Below are positions 49,018-57,508 of a DNA stretch of 64,000 nucleotides, in pieces (position 1 is the first letter of the stretch; each line of letters opens with the position of its first letter). The stretch comes from Methanobacteriota archaeon (GTDB lineage: Archaea; Thermoplasmatota; Thermoplasmata; SG8-5; DAIRED01). Position numbers and translations under genes: made by a program. The notes beneath the pieces were generated by a model that was not told the origin of the DNA, ran no database searches, and saw only the letters and a program-made list of their open reading frames with translations. The stretch spans positions 73,178 through 137,177 of the forward strand of contig JAZDNO010000004.1 in assembly GCA_043799545.1 (NCBI GenBank). Reading direction: 5' to 3'.

Positions 49018-49201
49018 TTTTCATCACCCCGTGCGAGCCGTCCGGCCGGGTATAAGCCCTGATTGGTCGGGTCTTTTGTGTGTTATTTCAACCTTTTGGT
49101 GTGGGGCTTTGTGACTCCGCACGCTCTCGCACATGGTTACGTCTATTCCCGCCGGGGTATATCCCTAGTTTGGCGCAAACCTGCAATCGTTGGCGCAATC
49201 C

Positions 49202-50692
49202 TCAAAAAGTCGCGCTGTCCAGCACGTCCAAGACCTTCGCCACCTCTATCTCGCCGTTGGCGCTGTAAAGAATCTCCTTCCCCCGCCGCTCGCGGACTAT
49301 CACGTGCGCGGCCCTGAGCCTCCGCGCGTGCCACACGACCGTCGACGGATGCATGCCCAGGTGCTCGGCGATTGCCTTCTGGTTCGCGCCGCCGCGGGAC
49401 AGGATGAACTTCACCATCTTCCTCGCGGTCTCGTTTTTCAGCGATGCCAGGACGTCCTTGTACTCGAAACCGTTGGTGTAGATGCCGTACCCGTTGTGGC
49501 TCGAATAGTAATGCTTGAGCTTGCCGCTCTTGTGGGCAATGACCTTCTCGTTGCACTCCAGGACCAGGAGGTGGTACCTCGCGCTGCTGGACGAGAGGGA
49601 GAGCCTCCTCGTAATCTCGGCCACGTGCTCGCCGGGGTTGCTCTGGATGTGGTCGTATATCTGCCTCCGCACGCCGTCCATGACCTCGTCGTCCCTCAGC
49701 CTGCTGAACAGGACGCCCGTGAGGCCCAGGGATGCGAGGACGAGGCCGCCGAGCGCGTACTTCCACGGGACCAGGACGAGCGACTGCGCCCCCGCCGCCG
49801 ACGGGGCCGCCCTCGAAGCGGCCGCGAAGTAGTACTGCTCGGCGAGGGCTCCGAGGGCGAGCTCCTCGTCCGTCGGGGGCGCCTGCTCCCTGAGCCATAT
49901 CAGGCCGTCCCTGGCTTTCAGCAGGTCCGAATATTCCCCCGTCTCCGCCAGAGCCATCACGGCCCACGCCGTGTCGCTGAACGAGCCGAAGCTGCCGTCG
50001 GAGGATTGGTTGGCGGCTATGCTCTCCACGTATTCCGCAGGGCTGTTTCCCGTAGCCTCCATCGCCATCGCGGTCTTCGCGCTCTCCTCAACGGTCTGCG
50101 GCTCTTCGCCTGCGAGCCACTGGGCGCCCATTGCCGCGGTTTCGTTGCCGCTTCCGTACTCGGTGGCGAGCGCGTAGGTGGCCAACGCGGTGCTGGAAAC
50201 TTCACCTCCCCAGCTGCCGTTCGCGTCCTGGAGGCCGGAGAGGTCGGAGGCGGCCCTGAGCTTGAAGTCCGCGTAGTCCAGGCTTATTCCGGCCGTCTGC
50301 CCGTCCGCGTAGCTCGGGGCTTCAGCCAGGACGGCGTAGGAGACTGCGGTGTCGTTCGACACGTCGTAGTGCTCCATCGTCCAGTTCAGGGAGTCCAGCG
50401 TCGCGTTGTCGCCCACGGCGTTCGCGTAGACTGAGAGCGCCGTCGCGTTGGGGTCTCCGCTCCAGCTCCCGTCAGCATCCCTCGCCGCGTTGAGCTCGTC
50501 GAGGAAAAGGCTGCCGTATTCTGGCGCGCCGCCGCCGAGGTCGCATAACTCCGAATCTGGGCTCCCGTCGTAACCGCCCATGCCTCCGGTCGTCGCGTTG
50601 TTCCCCTCCGCTATAGCGTAGACCAGGAGCGCCCCCGTCACCAGGACCGCGGCGACGGCCGCGGCGAGCAAACCCTTCCAACCCGCATTCAT
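49202..50692 (-). CDS. Membrane-anchored regulator: extracellular prenyltransferase/squalene-cyclase-like repeats, TM, tandem wHTH
   Basis: N-terminal TM; repeats Q..DGSW/F...STA.A..AL; TM WKYALGGLVLASLGLTGVL; RRQIYDHI..NPG.H....HL..L and second HTH (COG3398-like). Confidence 0.8.
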   Translation of the reverse strand: MNAGWKGLLAAAVAAVLVTGALLVYAIAEGNNATTGGMGGYDGSPDSELCDLGGGAPEYGSLFLDELNAARDADGSWSGDPNATALSVYANAVGDNATLDSLNWTMEHYDVSNDTAVSYAVLAEAPSYADGQTAGISLDYADFKLRAASDLSGLQDANGSWGGEVSSTALATYALATEYGSGNETAAMGAQWLAGEEPQTVEESAKTAMAMEATGNSPAEYVESIAANQSSDGSFGSFSDTAWAVMALAETGEYSDLLKARDGLIWLREQAPPTDEELALGALAEQYYFAAASRAAPSAAGAQSLVLVPWKYALGGLVLASLGLTGVLFSRLRDDEVMDGVRRQIYDHIQSNPGEHVAEITRRLSLSSSSARYHLLVLECNEKVIAHKSGKLKHYYSSHNGYGIYTNGFEYKDVLASLKNETARKMVKFILSRGGANQKAIAEHLGMHPSTVVWHARRLRAAHVIVRERRGKEILYSANGEIEVAKVLDVLDSATF

Positions 50693-50792
50693 TGCGTCCA
50701 ACTCATTGGTCGGAGTATTTAAAAGGATTGTGGCGCGAAGGTGCAAGTGAGATGCTTTTATACGGAAATTGCGTTGCCGTTCCGGTGAGCCA

Positions 50793-51209
50793 ATGAACTA
50801 CGCAATCATCTATTACTCGCACTTCGGGAACGGGAAAAGGATAGTCGAGCGCCTGGCTTCCAAGCTTCGGGGGGATGTCAAGGTGCTGTCTCTGGCCGAG
50901 GCGGACCCTGCGGCGCTGCCTCCTGCGGACGCCTATGTGTTTTCCGCGCCCGCCGAAGCCTTCAGCCTCCACCGCGGGTTCAAGCGATTCCTGAAGGAGC
51001 TTCCACAGATGGACGGGAAGAAGTACGGGATAATCAACACCCACGGCATGAAGAAGGGCCGGCTTCCGGCGATGGAGGCATTGCTCTCCAAGAAGGGGAT
51101 GCTGAAGGCCGCGGAGCTTGACATCCAGGTCGCCGGCGACTACAAGGGCGGGAGCGGGCTGCCCGCCGGTTGGGAGGAGAGGGCGGACGAGTTCGCGGGG
51201 AAGATGTGA
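50793..51209 (+). CDS. Flavodoxin-like protein
   Basis: IIYYSHFGNGKRIVE (FMN phosphate loop), YVFSAPAE. Confidence 0.85.
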   Translation: MNYAIIYYSHFGNGKRIVERLASKLRGDVKVLSLAEADPAALPPADAYVFSAPAEAFSLHRGFKRFLKELPQMDGKKYGIINTHGMKKGRLPAMEALLSKKGMLKAAELDIQVAGDYKGGSGLPAGWEERADEFAGKM

Positions 51210-51276
51210 GACTGAGCCGTGGCTGAGCAATCGGATTCAACAACGCTTTATAACCTTCGGGGCAATATCTAATCAG

Positions 51277-52761
51277 ATGTGCCCAAAGATGCTCAGCCTT
51301 TCCGTCGTGTCGTTGATTTTGCTGTCGTTTTCAACCCATGCACTCGGCTGGAGCAACGGAGGATACTCGACGACAATCGCCGCCCCATCGCTCGGTTCGC
51401 ACGACAGGGTTGCGACCGTGGCTATGAACTTCCTGCCATCGACGGAATCGGCATTTCTCCTTTCGAATCTTGGGATGTACGAGTACGGCACCGAGCTTCC
51501 GGATAATTCACAGGCGGTCCTCGGGGACGGATTTGGTGACGCATCAATGCATCACGTTTACTTCAGCGCTGATGGCACATGCACGGACAACTCGAGCGCT
51601 TACCGCGCAAAGCAGATGTACCAGGCCGCGCTCGCATCTCTGAAATCCGGTGACACGGCAAACGCTGCCAAGTGGAGCGGGGCGATGACGCATTACATAG
51701 CCGATTTGGCGGTCTTCGGCCACGTCATGGGGGCCGACACGCCGTGGGGGGCGGAGAACCATCACAGCGATTATGAGGACTATGTGGAGGCTCATTGGTA
51801 CGGTTTTCAGGGAATGATGTCGTTCGACGGCGTGCTCACACCGCGCACAGCCTACGACGCAGCGATCACGCTCGCGCACGATACTACCTTCGACGATTCT
51901 GCGGCTGGGAAGACCTGTGTCTGGATGGACGCAAATGCGACTGCTGTCCTTCCTGTAAACCCACCGCCTGTCAATCCCCCCCCGAGCGGCCAAGGGCACT
52001 TGTTGGTAAACGAGGTGGAGCCGAATCCTGCCGGCGACGACGTTGGCGTCGAGTGGGTGGAAATTTACAATCCCATGACCGCCGCTGTGGATTTGACCGG
52101 CTGGTCGCTGTCGACGAGCCATGGCGATGTCGTAACGGTCCAGTTGTCCGGTTCCATCGCGGCGGCCGGATACAAGATTGTGACACGCACCTCCCAGTGG
52201 CTCGACAACGAAGACGAGTCTGTGACCCTGAAATCTGGCACGGCCGTAATAGACGCGACGCCCGTGATTACCGACAAGGACTCGCCGGGGGATGCCAGAA
52301 CATGGTCACGCGTGCCGAACGGCGTCGACACCGATTCTACGACGGACTGGAAGTTCGTCCAGGGCACCCCGGGTTCTGCGAATCCCTCCACGCGCGCCTA
52401 TGACTGGACGGACAGCGTTTTCAAGGCGCGTGCCACGCAATCGCTGAACCTGGCTGTGAACCTGCTAGCGGACGTTTTGCACACGCTGTACTTCGAGGCG
52501 GGTGGCGCCTCCCCGCTGCCGGACGACGCCCCTGTGGACGATAGTGCGCCAGTCGACCAGGTCGTGGACGATGCGCTTGCGGACGCGAGCTTGCCCGGCA
52601 ATGAGGCGGACGAAACCGGGGGCGCGGACATCCCTCCGGACTCTGAAGGGGGGAGCGATGGCGGCGTCGACCTGACTATCCCGCTCGCGGTACTTGCGGG
52701 GGTCGCCAGCACACTGTTGCTGCTCATGGCTGCGTGGGGGAAGAGAAGGCGGTCAAGGTAA
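51277..52761 (+). CDS. Secreted Zn-dependent phospholipase C/P1-nuclease-like protein with lamin-tail domain and C-terminal TM
   Basis: Mature N-terminal W(SNGG), HD, ELPD, HH, HYIAD..H, H..YE metal ligands; LLVNEVEPNP.G.D..EWVEIYNP..DLTGW (LTD); C-terminal hydrophobic anchor. Confidence 0.8.
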   Translation: MCPKMLSLSVVSLILLSFSTHALGWSNGGYSTTIAAPSLGSHDRVATVAMNFLPSTESAFLLSNLGMYEYGTELPDNSQAVLGDGFGDASMHHVYFSADGTCTDNSSAYRAKQMYQAALASLKSGDTANAAKWSGAMTHYIADLAVFGHVMGADTPWGAENHHSDYEDYVEAHWYGFQGMMSFDGVLTPRTAYDAAITLAHDTTFDDSAAGKTCVWMDANATAVLPVNPPPVNPPPSGQGHLLVNEVEPNPAGDDVGVEWVEIYNPMTAAVDLTGWSLSTSHGDVVTVQLSGSIAAAGYKIVTRTSQWLDNEDESVTLKSGTAVIDATPVITDKDSPGDARTWSRVPNGVDTDSTTDWKFVQGTPGSANPSTRAYDWTDSVFKARATQSLNLAVNLLADVLHTLYFEAGGASPLPDDAPVDDSAPVDQVVDDALADASLPGNEADETGGADIPPDSEGGSDGGVDLTIPLAVLAGVASTLLLLMAAWGKRRRSR

Positions 52762-52870
52762 TACTAACCTATTCTTTAGATTGTTATTGATATCTGTTGG
52801 CGAGGGTAGACTCCCTCGGGAGGGAATGGACGCAGGCGAGAACGCCGGAGAGCCAGCCTTTGAATACCGG

Positions 52871-53257
52871 CTATTTCATCCGGTTCCTGACCCACGATAC
52901 AAACTGAACCGCATGCCTCACGGTTTTCTCGGCATCCCCCTTCGATATCGGAACGCCCATGTATCCAGCATGGGAACGGAGGTCCATCGCCGCTTTCAAA
53001 CGGTCTCTCTGCGAACCGTCGTTGATGATTTTTACGACATCGGCATGTAGCTTCTGCCCCTCACGATGATCCGAGGATGCCCGCTGTCCCAAATAGAACA
53101 CGGTCAGGGCATCGTTGGCGTTTATCATCGCTTGAACGGCGTTGAATGTCGCCGCGTTGCACATTTCGGATTCCAGGCTGTGCCTGGCCGCGCCCAAGAA
53201 CTCGTCCGCCTGAGCCAGGTACCTGACTGCGTCGCTCTTTCTCATATCCTTAGCCAT
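52871..53257 (-). CDS. HEPN-domain protein (toxin of MNT-HEPN pair)
   Basis: YLAQADEFL.AA, FNAVQAMINANDAL, DH, LR..A.Y, DAEK.V..A. Confidence 0.85.
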   Translation of the reverse strand: MAKDMRKSDAVRYLAQADEFLGAARHSLESEMCNAATFNAVQAMINANDALTVFYLGQRASSDHREGQKLHADVVKIINDGSQRDRLKAAMDLRSHAGYMGVPISKGDAEKTVRHAVQFVSWVRNRMK

Positions 53258-53820
53258 CTTGCATCACCCCGGACGATCTTGCCTTCGTCCATGACCCGGA
53301 GGATGAAATCGTCCAACCGTTCGATGCGGGCCTCGACATCGTCGATTGTGAGCGCGATGGGAGAGACGACAACGTCGTACTTCTCCAGCATGTCATCGAC
53401 GGCCCTGCCGACGTTTCTCGGCGGGCGACCGCGCCTGTGGACGATGAGGACATCGAGGTCGCCAATCACCTTTTCCCCCCTGGCCGCCGAGCCGAACAGG
53501 ATTACGCTCTCCGCCCCCTCTATGCGCCCCGCGAATTCCTTGGCCAGGTCCATGAACGCCGCGGATTCCCGGTCGAGGAGCGACTTGATTTGCGGGTACA
53601 GGATATGGTTTCCGTTCGCTTTGTATTGCCTCGAACGCCCCGCCTTCCTAGCCAGGACAATCCTGGCGTCGACCAAGCCAGCCAGCGCCGGGTGCGCAGT
53701 GCCGTAGGACATGCCCGTTTCCCTGGCCAGGTCCTCGATGGAGAACTCCCGGCGGGGGTTGCCCGCAATCGCCCTCAGCAGCCGTATCTTGGCCTTCGAG
53801 CCCAGTATCCGCTCCAGCAT
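53242..53820 (-). CDS. wHTH + minimal nucleotidyltransferase (MNT) antitoxin
   Basis: N-terminal HTH; VILFGSAARG...GDLDVLIV (GS..DxD); overlaps HEPN gene. Confidence 0.88.
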   Translation of the reverse strand: MLERILGSKAKIRLLRAIAGNPRREFSIEDLARETGMSYGTAHPALAGLVDARIVLARKAGRSRQYKANGNHILYPQIKSLLDRESAAFMDLAKEFAGRIEGAESVILFGSAARGEKVIGDLDVLIVHRRGRPPRNVGRAVDDMLEKYDVVVSPIALTIDDVEARIERLDDFILRVMDEGKIVRGDARWLRI

Positions 53821-53905
53821 CGACCGGGGTTACGCCTTTCGCGTATATTATTGTTTCGGTTTTTAGATGCGGGCATCGATTTTTAGAAACGCCTCCTTCA
53901 AGCCC

Positions 53906-53992
53906 TTTCTTTGTGTCTCGCTGCGCTGGCTCGGTCCTCCCAAAGAAAGCTCTTGGTGGAAAGAAAATCGGACCGAGCCTGCTCGCTCGGCC
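53906..53992. repeat. 87-bp palindromic REP-like element, copy C
   Basis: Aligns without gaps to copy B; stem GGCTCGGTCC/GGACCGAGCC carries compensatory changes. Confidence 0.88.
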
Positions 53993-54210
53993 TATGTTCG
54001 GGACCGATACAATCCTCTTCCGACGAATTCCAGTATTCCATTATCCCGCAATAATTGCATCTGCTGGCGTATCTTCTCCCTGACGTGCTTGTTGTCCGGG
54101 TGCAGCCTTCCGAGCCTCCGCTCGAAGGCGTAGGTGTCTGCGAGGGCGAAGTCCTTCGGGAGGGAGCGGACGACGGCGAGGAGGTCGGAGAGCCAGCCTT
54201 CCTTGCTTTC
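53992..54210 (-). pseudogene. Start-less 3' fragment of DpnI-like gene (wHTH only)
   Basis: ESKEGWLSDLLAVVRSLPKDFALADTYAFERRLGRLHPDNKHVREKIRQQMQLLRDNGILEFVGRGLYRSRT*; in-frame TAA just upstream; about 73% aa identity to the full gene (hand count). Confidence 0.88.
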
Positions 54211-54253
54211 ATTCGGTTAGTGGTGACGATACCGTTCCCTGTGCAAATATTAA

Positions 54254-54273
54254 AATATGTGGATGCACATATT
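54254..54273. promoter_or_regulatory. Palindromic operator upstream of TA operon
   Basis: AATATGTG-GATG-CACATATT perfect 8-bp IR, 14 nt before ATG 54288. Confidence 0.65.
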
Positions 54274-54287
54274 GTATCTCGATAAAT

Positions 54288-54509
54288 ATGCCAAACATGA
54301 CACTGTCTGTTGACGAGACGCTGTACGACGCCATCAAGAGCCACCCGGAAATCAAGTGGAGCGCAATTGCAAGAAAGGCGATGAAGGAATACGCCCACAG
54401 GCTTAATGTGCTTGATAAAATCGCTGCAAAGAGCAAACTGACCGAGAGCGATATAGATGAACTGGACAAAGCGCTCAAGCGAAGGGTAGCCAAGCGCCAC
54501 GGGTTGTAG
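54288..54509 (+). CDS. RHH/CopG-like antitoxin
   Basis: MPNMTLSVDETLYDAIKSHPEIKWSAIARKAM, a common archaeal PIN-associated antitoxin pattern. Confidence 0.8.
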   Translation: MPNMTLSVDETLYDAIKSHPEIKWSAIARKAMKEYAHRLNVLDKIAAKSKLTESDIDELDKALKRRVAKRHGL

Positions 54510-54511
54510 GC

Positions 54512-54922
54512 ATGCTCATCGTGGTCGATTCGAACATCATCTTCGCCAGCCTCATAAAAGATTCGTTCACCCGCAAGATACTGATTAGCTCCGAGATTGA
54601 TTTCGTAGTGCCGGAATGGGTACATGCCGAGCTGCGGGAGCATTTTACGGAGATCGCGAAGAAATCCGGGCTTCGCGCGGACGAGGTCGAGCATTTCGCC
54701 GAGGAGATATTCCAGGTCGTCCAGACCGTGCCCAAGGACGAGTACGAGGACTTTCTACCGGAAGCCGTCGAAATCATGAAGGACATCGACAGGGACGACG
54801 CGCCGGTCCTCGCCCTTGCGATGGCGTTGCATGCCGACGGCGTTTGGACGCGCGACAAGGATTTCGAGCGGCAGGTGAGGGTGCGCGTCGTGAGGGCGGA
54901 AGAATTAATCGAGATGTTATGA
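54512..54922 (+). CDS. PIN-domain (VapC-like) toxin
   Basis: IVVDSNIIFASL, AEL, DRDDAPVLALA, WTRDKDF. Confidence 0.92.
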   Translation: MLIVVDSNIIFASLIKDSFTRKILISSEIDFVVPEWVHAELREHFTEIAKKSGLRADEVEHFAEEIFQVVQTVPKDEYEDFLPEAVEIMKDIDRDDAPVLALAMALHADGVWTRDKDFERQVRVRVVRAEELIEML

Positions 54923-54992
54923 TTTGATGGCGGAAGCTTGCACCCTCAGTTAGTTACATTTTGTAACCGACTCCCTGCGCCGGCTCGGCAGT

Positions 54993-55487
54993 TCACCTAC
55001 TCCTGTACCTGCCGTTCCCAATAAATTCCAGAATCCCGTTATCGCGCAATATTTGAAGCTGCTGGCGTATCTTCGGGCGTACGTGCTTGTTATCGGGATG
55101 GAGCCTCGCCAGGCGCTCCTCGGAGGCGTAGGCGTCTGCGAGGGCGAAGTCTTTCGGCAGGGAGCGGACGACCGCCAGAACGTCGTTCAGCCAGCCCTTC
55201 GATTCGAGCGACTGGGATTTCAGGAAGGCGAAGCGGCGCCACTCCTCGCGGACTCGCGTGTGGGGGACCTCCTCGGAATCCCTCACGACGTAAATCCTGG
55301 CGTCCAAAGGGAGCTTCCCGATGAGGACGTTCGAGCCCACCCACCCCGCCCTGCGAGCGGTCGGCTTCAGGGGGTTGCGCCTCTGGACGATTTCTGGAGC
55401 GACGAAATGCGCTGGGACGAGCATCACGCTTTCCACGGTCCAGCCCTTCCTGTCGTACTCCATGAAGAACCAATTTGGAGCGGTTCC
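54993..55487 (-). pseudogene. 5'-truncated copy of DpnI-like gene (last 495 nt)
   Basis: Colinear with 57505-57999; 16 aa differences in 164, mostly conservative (hand count); lacks the Zn site and catalytic D/QxK residues. Confidence 0.92.
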
Positions 55488-55546
55488 TGCACTTTCGCCC
55501 AACCTCCGGGGAATCCCTTATACCCCCGATGGGATTGCCTCTCGCA

Positions 55547-56239
55547 ATGGATAAAAACGCAAGCCGCCACACGGGCGCATGTCGAGGATGGCCACCGGCA
55601 AAAACGCTCTACGTTTTCGTGGACGAATCCGGGGACTTGGGGTTCTCCGAGAGGTCGACAAGGCATTTCGTGATGTGCGCCGTGGCAACGGAGAATCCGA
55701 TTCGATTAAGTAGAATCGTGAAAAAGGTGCGTTCCAAGAATCTCGGAACGGGCTTGAGAGATTTGCCGGAACTAAAGTTTCATCAATCCAGGGAGTCGAC
55801 GAGGAAGTGCCTCCTTGACCTGCTGGCTTCCGAAGATGTGAACATATGGTACGTTAGCCTAGATAAAAGATCGATGATAGGGGCGCCGCCTGAGCGGCAG
55901 AATGAGATGTACAACTATCTGGCAGGGTTCATAGTCGAACGCATGATCAAGCAACGGTCAAGGCGCATCGTGCTTTGCCTGGACCGTTGCATGTCCAAGG
56001 CGAACCGGACGCGCTTCGACGCCCGTGTGTCGAAGAAGAAGGAATCGGTCTCGGAAAGCCTGGGGAAGTTGCCAACGACCCTTTCGATAGACCACGTCGC
56101 GTCCGAGTCCGTGCCAGGGGTCCAGGTGGCTGACTTCGTTGCCGGGGCGATATATGCGAAGTACGAACATGGCGATTCGCGGTATTACGATATCATCGAG
56201 AGCAAGATATCCGAGGAGATATTGAAACGAAAATGGTGA
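55547..56239 (+). CDS. DUF3800-domain protein
   Basis: YVFVDESGDLG, ELKFH, YNYL, VQVADFVAGAI; TTATACC promoter-like box about 30 nt upstream supports ATG 55547. Confidence 0.9.
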   Translation: MDKNASRHTGACRGWPPAKTLYVFVDESGDLGFSERSTRHFVMCAVATENPIRLSRIVKKVRSKNLGTGLRDLPELKFHQSRESTRKCLLDLLASEDVNIWYVSLDKRSMIGAPPERQNEMYNYLAGFIVERMIKQRSRRIVLCLDRCMSKANRTRFDARVSKKKESVSESLGKLPTTLSIDHVASESVPGVQVADFVAGAIYAKYEHGDSRYYDIIESKISEEILKRKW

Positions 56240-56302
56240 ACCCCTCCCTACTCGTCCAAGCCCGCTTGGCGGGCGTCATCCTTTCGGGGGGACTTACTCA
56301 CC
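56235..56302 (+). ncRNA. Candidate structured RNA directly downstream of DUF3800 gene
   Basis: Closing stem GGTGA/TCACC, inner GTCC/GGAC, hairpins GCCCGC-TTG-GCGGGC and CC-TTTC-GG; structured RNA motifs are known to accompany DUF3800 genes. Confidence 0.55.
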
Positions 56303-56340
56303 GCGACAACTATGGACGTATCCGTATTTAAGCGTTTTCA

Positions 56341-56420
56341 TCAATTGTTTATACATCGGTATCTTCCAGGCGAGACGAACTCTAGGACGCCATTGTCTCG
56401 CAGTATCTGCAACTGCTGTC
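56341..56420 (-). pseudogene. Extreme 3' fragment of DpnI-like gene
   Basis: QQLQILRDNGVLEFVSPGRYRCINN*; 5' end abuts repeat copy D. Confidence 0.85.
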
Positions 56421-56426
56421 AAACCC

Positions 56427-56513
56427 TCTCTTTGCGCCTCGCTGCGCTGGCTCGCCCTCCGCAAAGAAAGCATTTGGAGCAAAGAAACTCCGGGCGAGCC
56501 TGCTCGCTCGGCC
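56427..56513. repeat. 87-bp palindromic REP-like element, copy D
   Basis: Aligns without gaps to B and C; stem GGCTCGCCC/GGGCGAGCC. Confidence 0.88.
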
Positions 56514-56526
56514 GTTCTTTGCTGCA

Positions 56527-56777
56527 TTATGCTATTTTACGGTATTTCCCCGGCGATACGAATTCCAGCACGTGATTATCCTGTAAAACCTGTAGTTGCT
56601 GGCGTATCTTGGGTTTCACGCGCCTGTTGCCGGGGTGGAGCCTCGCCAACTTGGCCTCAAATCCGTATGCGTCTGCAAGCGCGAACTCGTGCGGGAGCTC
56701 GCGCACGCAAGCCAAAACGTCGTTCAGCCAGCCCTTGGATTCGAGCGATTGTGATTTCAGGAAGGCGAAGCGCTTCC
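56527..56777 (-). pseudogene. Start-less 3' fragment of DpnI-like gene (linker + wHTH)
   Basis: KRFAFLKSQSLESKGWLNDVLACVRELPHEF...HPGNRRVKPKIRQQLQVLQDNHVLEFVSPGKYRKIA*; first 60 nt 57/60 identical to the full gene, overall about 75% aa identity (hand counts). Confidence 0.9.
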
Positions 56778-56789
56778 TCGCCCCAAAAC

Positions 56790-56820
56790 ATATATAAGTA
56801 AGGAAAGTAATACGTTTCCT
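56790..56820 (+). promoter_or_regulatory. TATA box plus palindromic operator of AbrB-PIN operon
   Basis: ATATATAA (56790-56797) followed by AGGAAA-N8-TTTCCT (56801-56820). Confidence 0.55.
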
Positions 56821-56832
56821 ACGGTGCAAGGC

Positions 56833-57090
56833 ATGACAATAGGCACATCCAAGGTGACGGGAAAAGGCCAGGTGACGATCCCGGCCGACATGAGGAAGAG
56901 CCTGGGGCTCGGCGCGGGCGAGAACGTGGTATTCGTCGAGATGGAAGACTGGATCATGCTCAGGGCAGAAGGCAAGGTGCAAGAGGCTCTCCAGCCTTTC
57001 AAGGATCGCAGGAGGGAGCTTGGATTCACGAAGGCGGAGCTCCTGAAGGAGGCGAGGGAGGCACGCAAGAGGCGGACCAAAAATGCTTAG
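56833..57090 (+). CDS. AbrB/MazE-family antitoxin
   Basis: TSKVTGKGQVTIPADMRKSLGLGAGENVVF. Confidence 0.92.
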   Translation: MTIGTSKVTGKGQVTIPADMRKSLGLGAGENVVFVEMEDWIMLRAEGKVQEALQPFKDRRRELGFTKAELLKEAREARKRRTKNA

Positions 57091-57508
57091 GCTCGCACTG
57101 GACGCCAACGTCGTCCTGTCGGGGCTGTTCTTCGACGGTAACGAGGACGAGTTGCTCGTAGATGGCCTGGCGGGTCGCTATCGTCTCGTCCTTTCGGGAG
57201 AGATAATGGAAGAGGTCGAGGACGTAGTCGCGCGCAAGTTCAGAGGCTCCCCCCGCGCGCCCGATGCCATTCGCGTCCTGGAAGATGTCGTCTGGGCTTC
57301 CGAGTTCCACAGAGGGCCGTATCCGGGCTTGAAAAGGGCAAACGCGGTTGTGCGCGACGCGGACGACGCGGTCCATGTCGCGTTCGTTCTCGCCGCACGC
57401 CCGGACGCGTTCGTGACAGGGGACAAGGACCTTCTCGTGCTGAAGAGGATGGGCCGGACGCGCGTCATACGCACCAAGGAGGCTCTGGCGATGGTGGAGC
57501 GTGACTAA
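57083..57508 (+). CDS. PIN-domain toxin (TIGR00305-like)
   Basis: LALDANVVLSGL, EEVEDV, VRDADDAVHV, FVTGDKDLL. Confidence 0.92.
   Translation: MLRLALDANVVLSGLFFDGNEDELLVDGLAGRYRLVLSGEIMEEVEDVVARKFRGSPRAPDAIRVLEDVVWASEFHRGPYPGLKRANAVVRDADDAVHVAFVLAARPDAFVTGDKDLLVLKRMGRTRVIRTKEALAMVERD

Noticed and set aside
55516-55528. TTATACCCC shared with 60906 as a recombination half-site
   Set aside because: Both lie about 30 nt before start codons, as does TTATACCC upstream of the 49017 gene; better explained as TATA boxes.
53906-56513. Canonical integron attC sites
   Set aside because: No RYYYAAC/GTTRRRY ends and no IntI in the window; only the placement is analogous.
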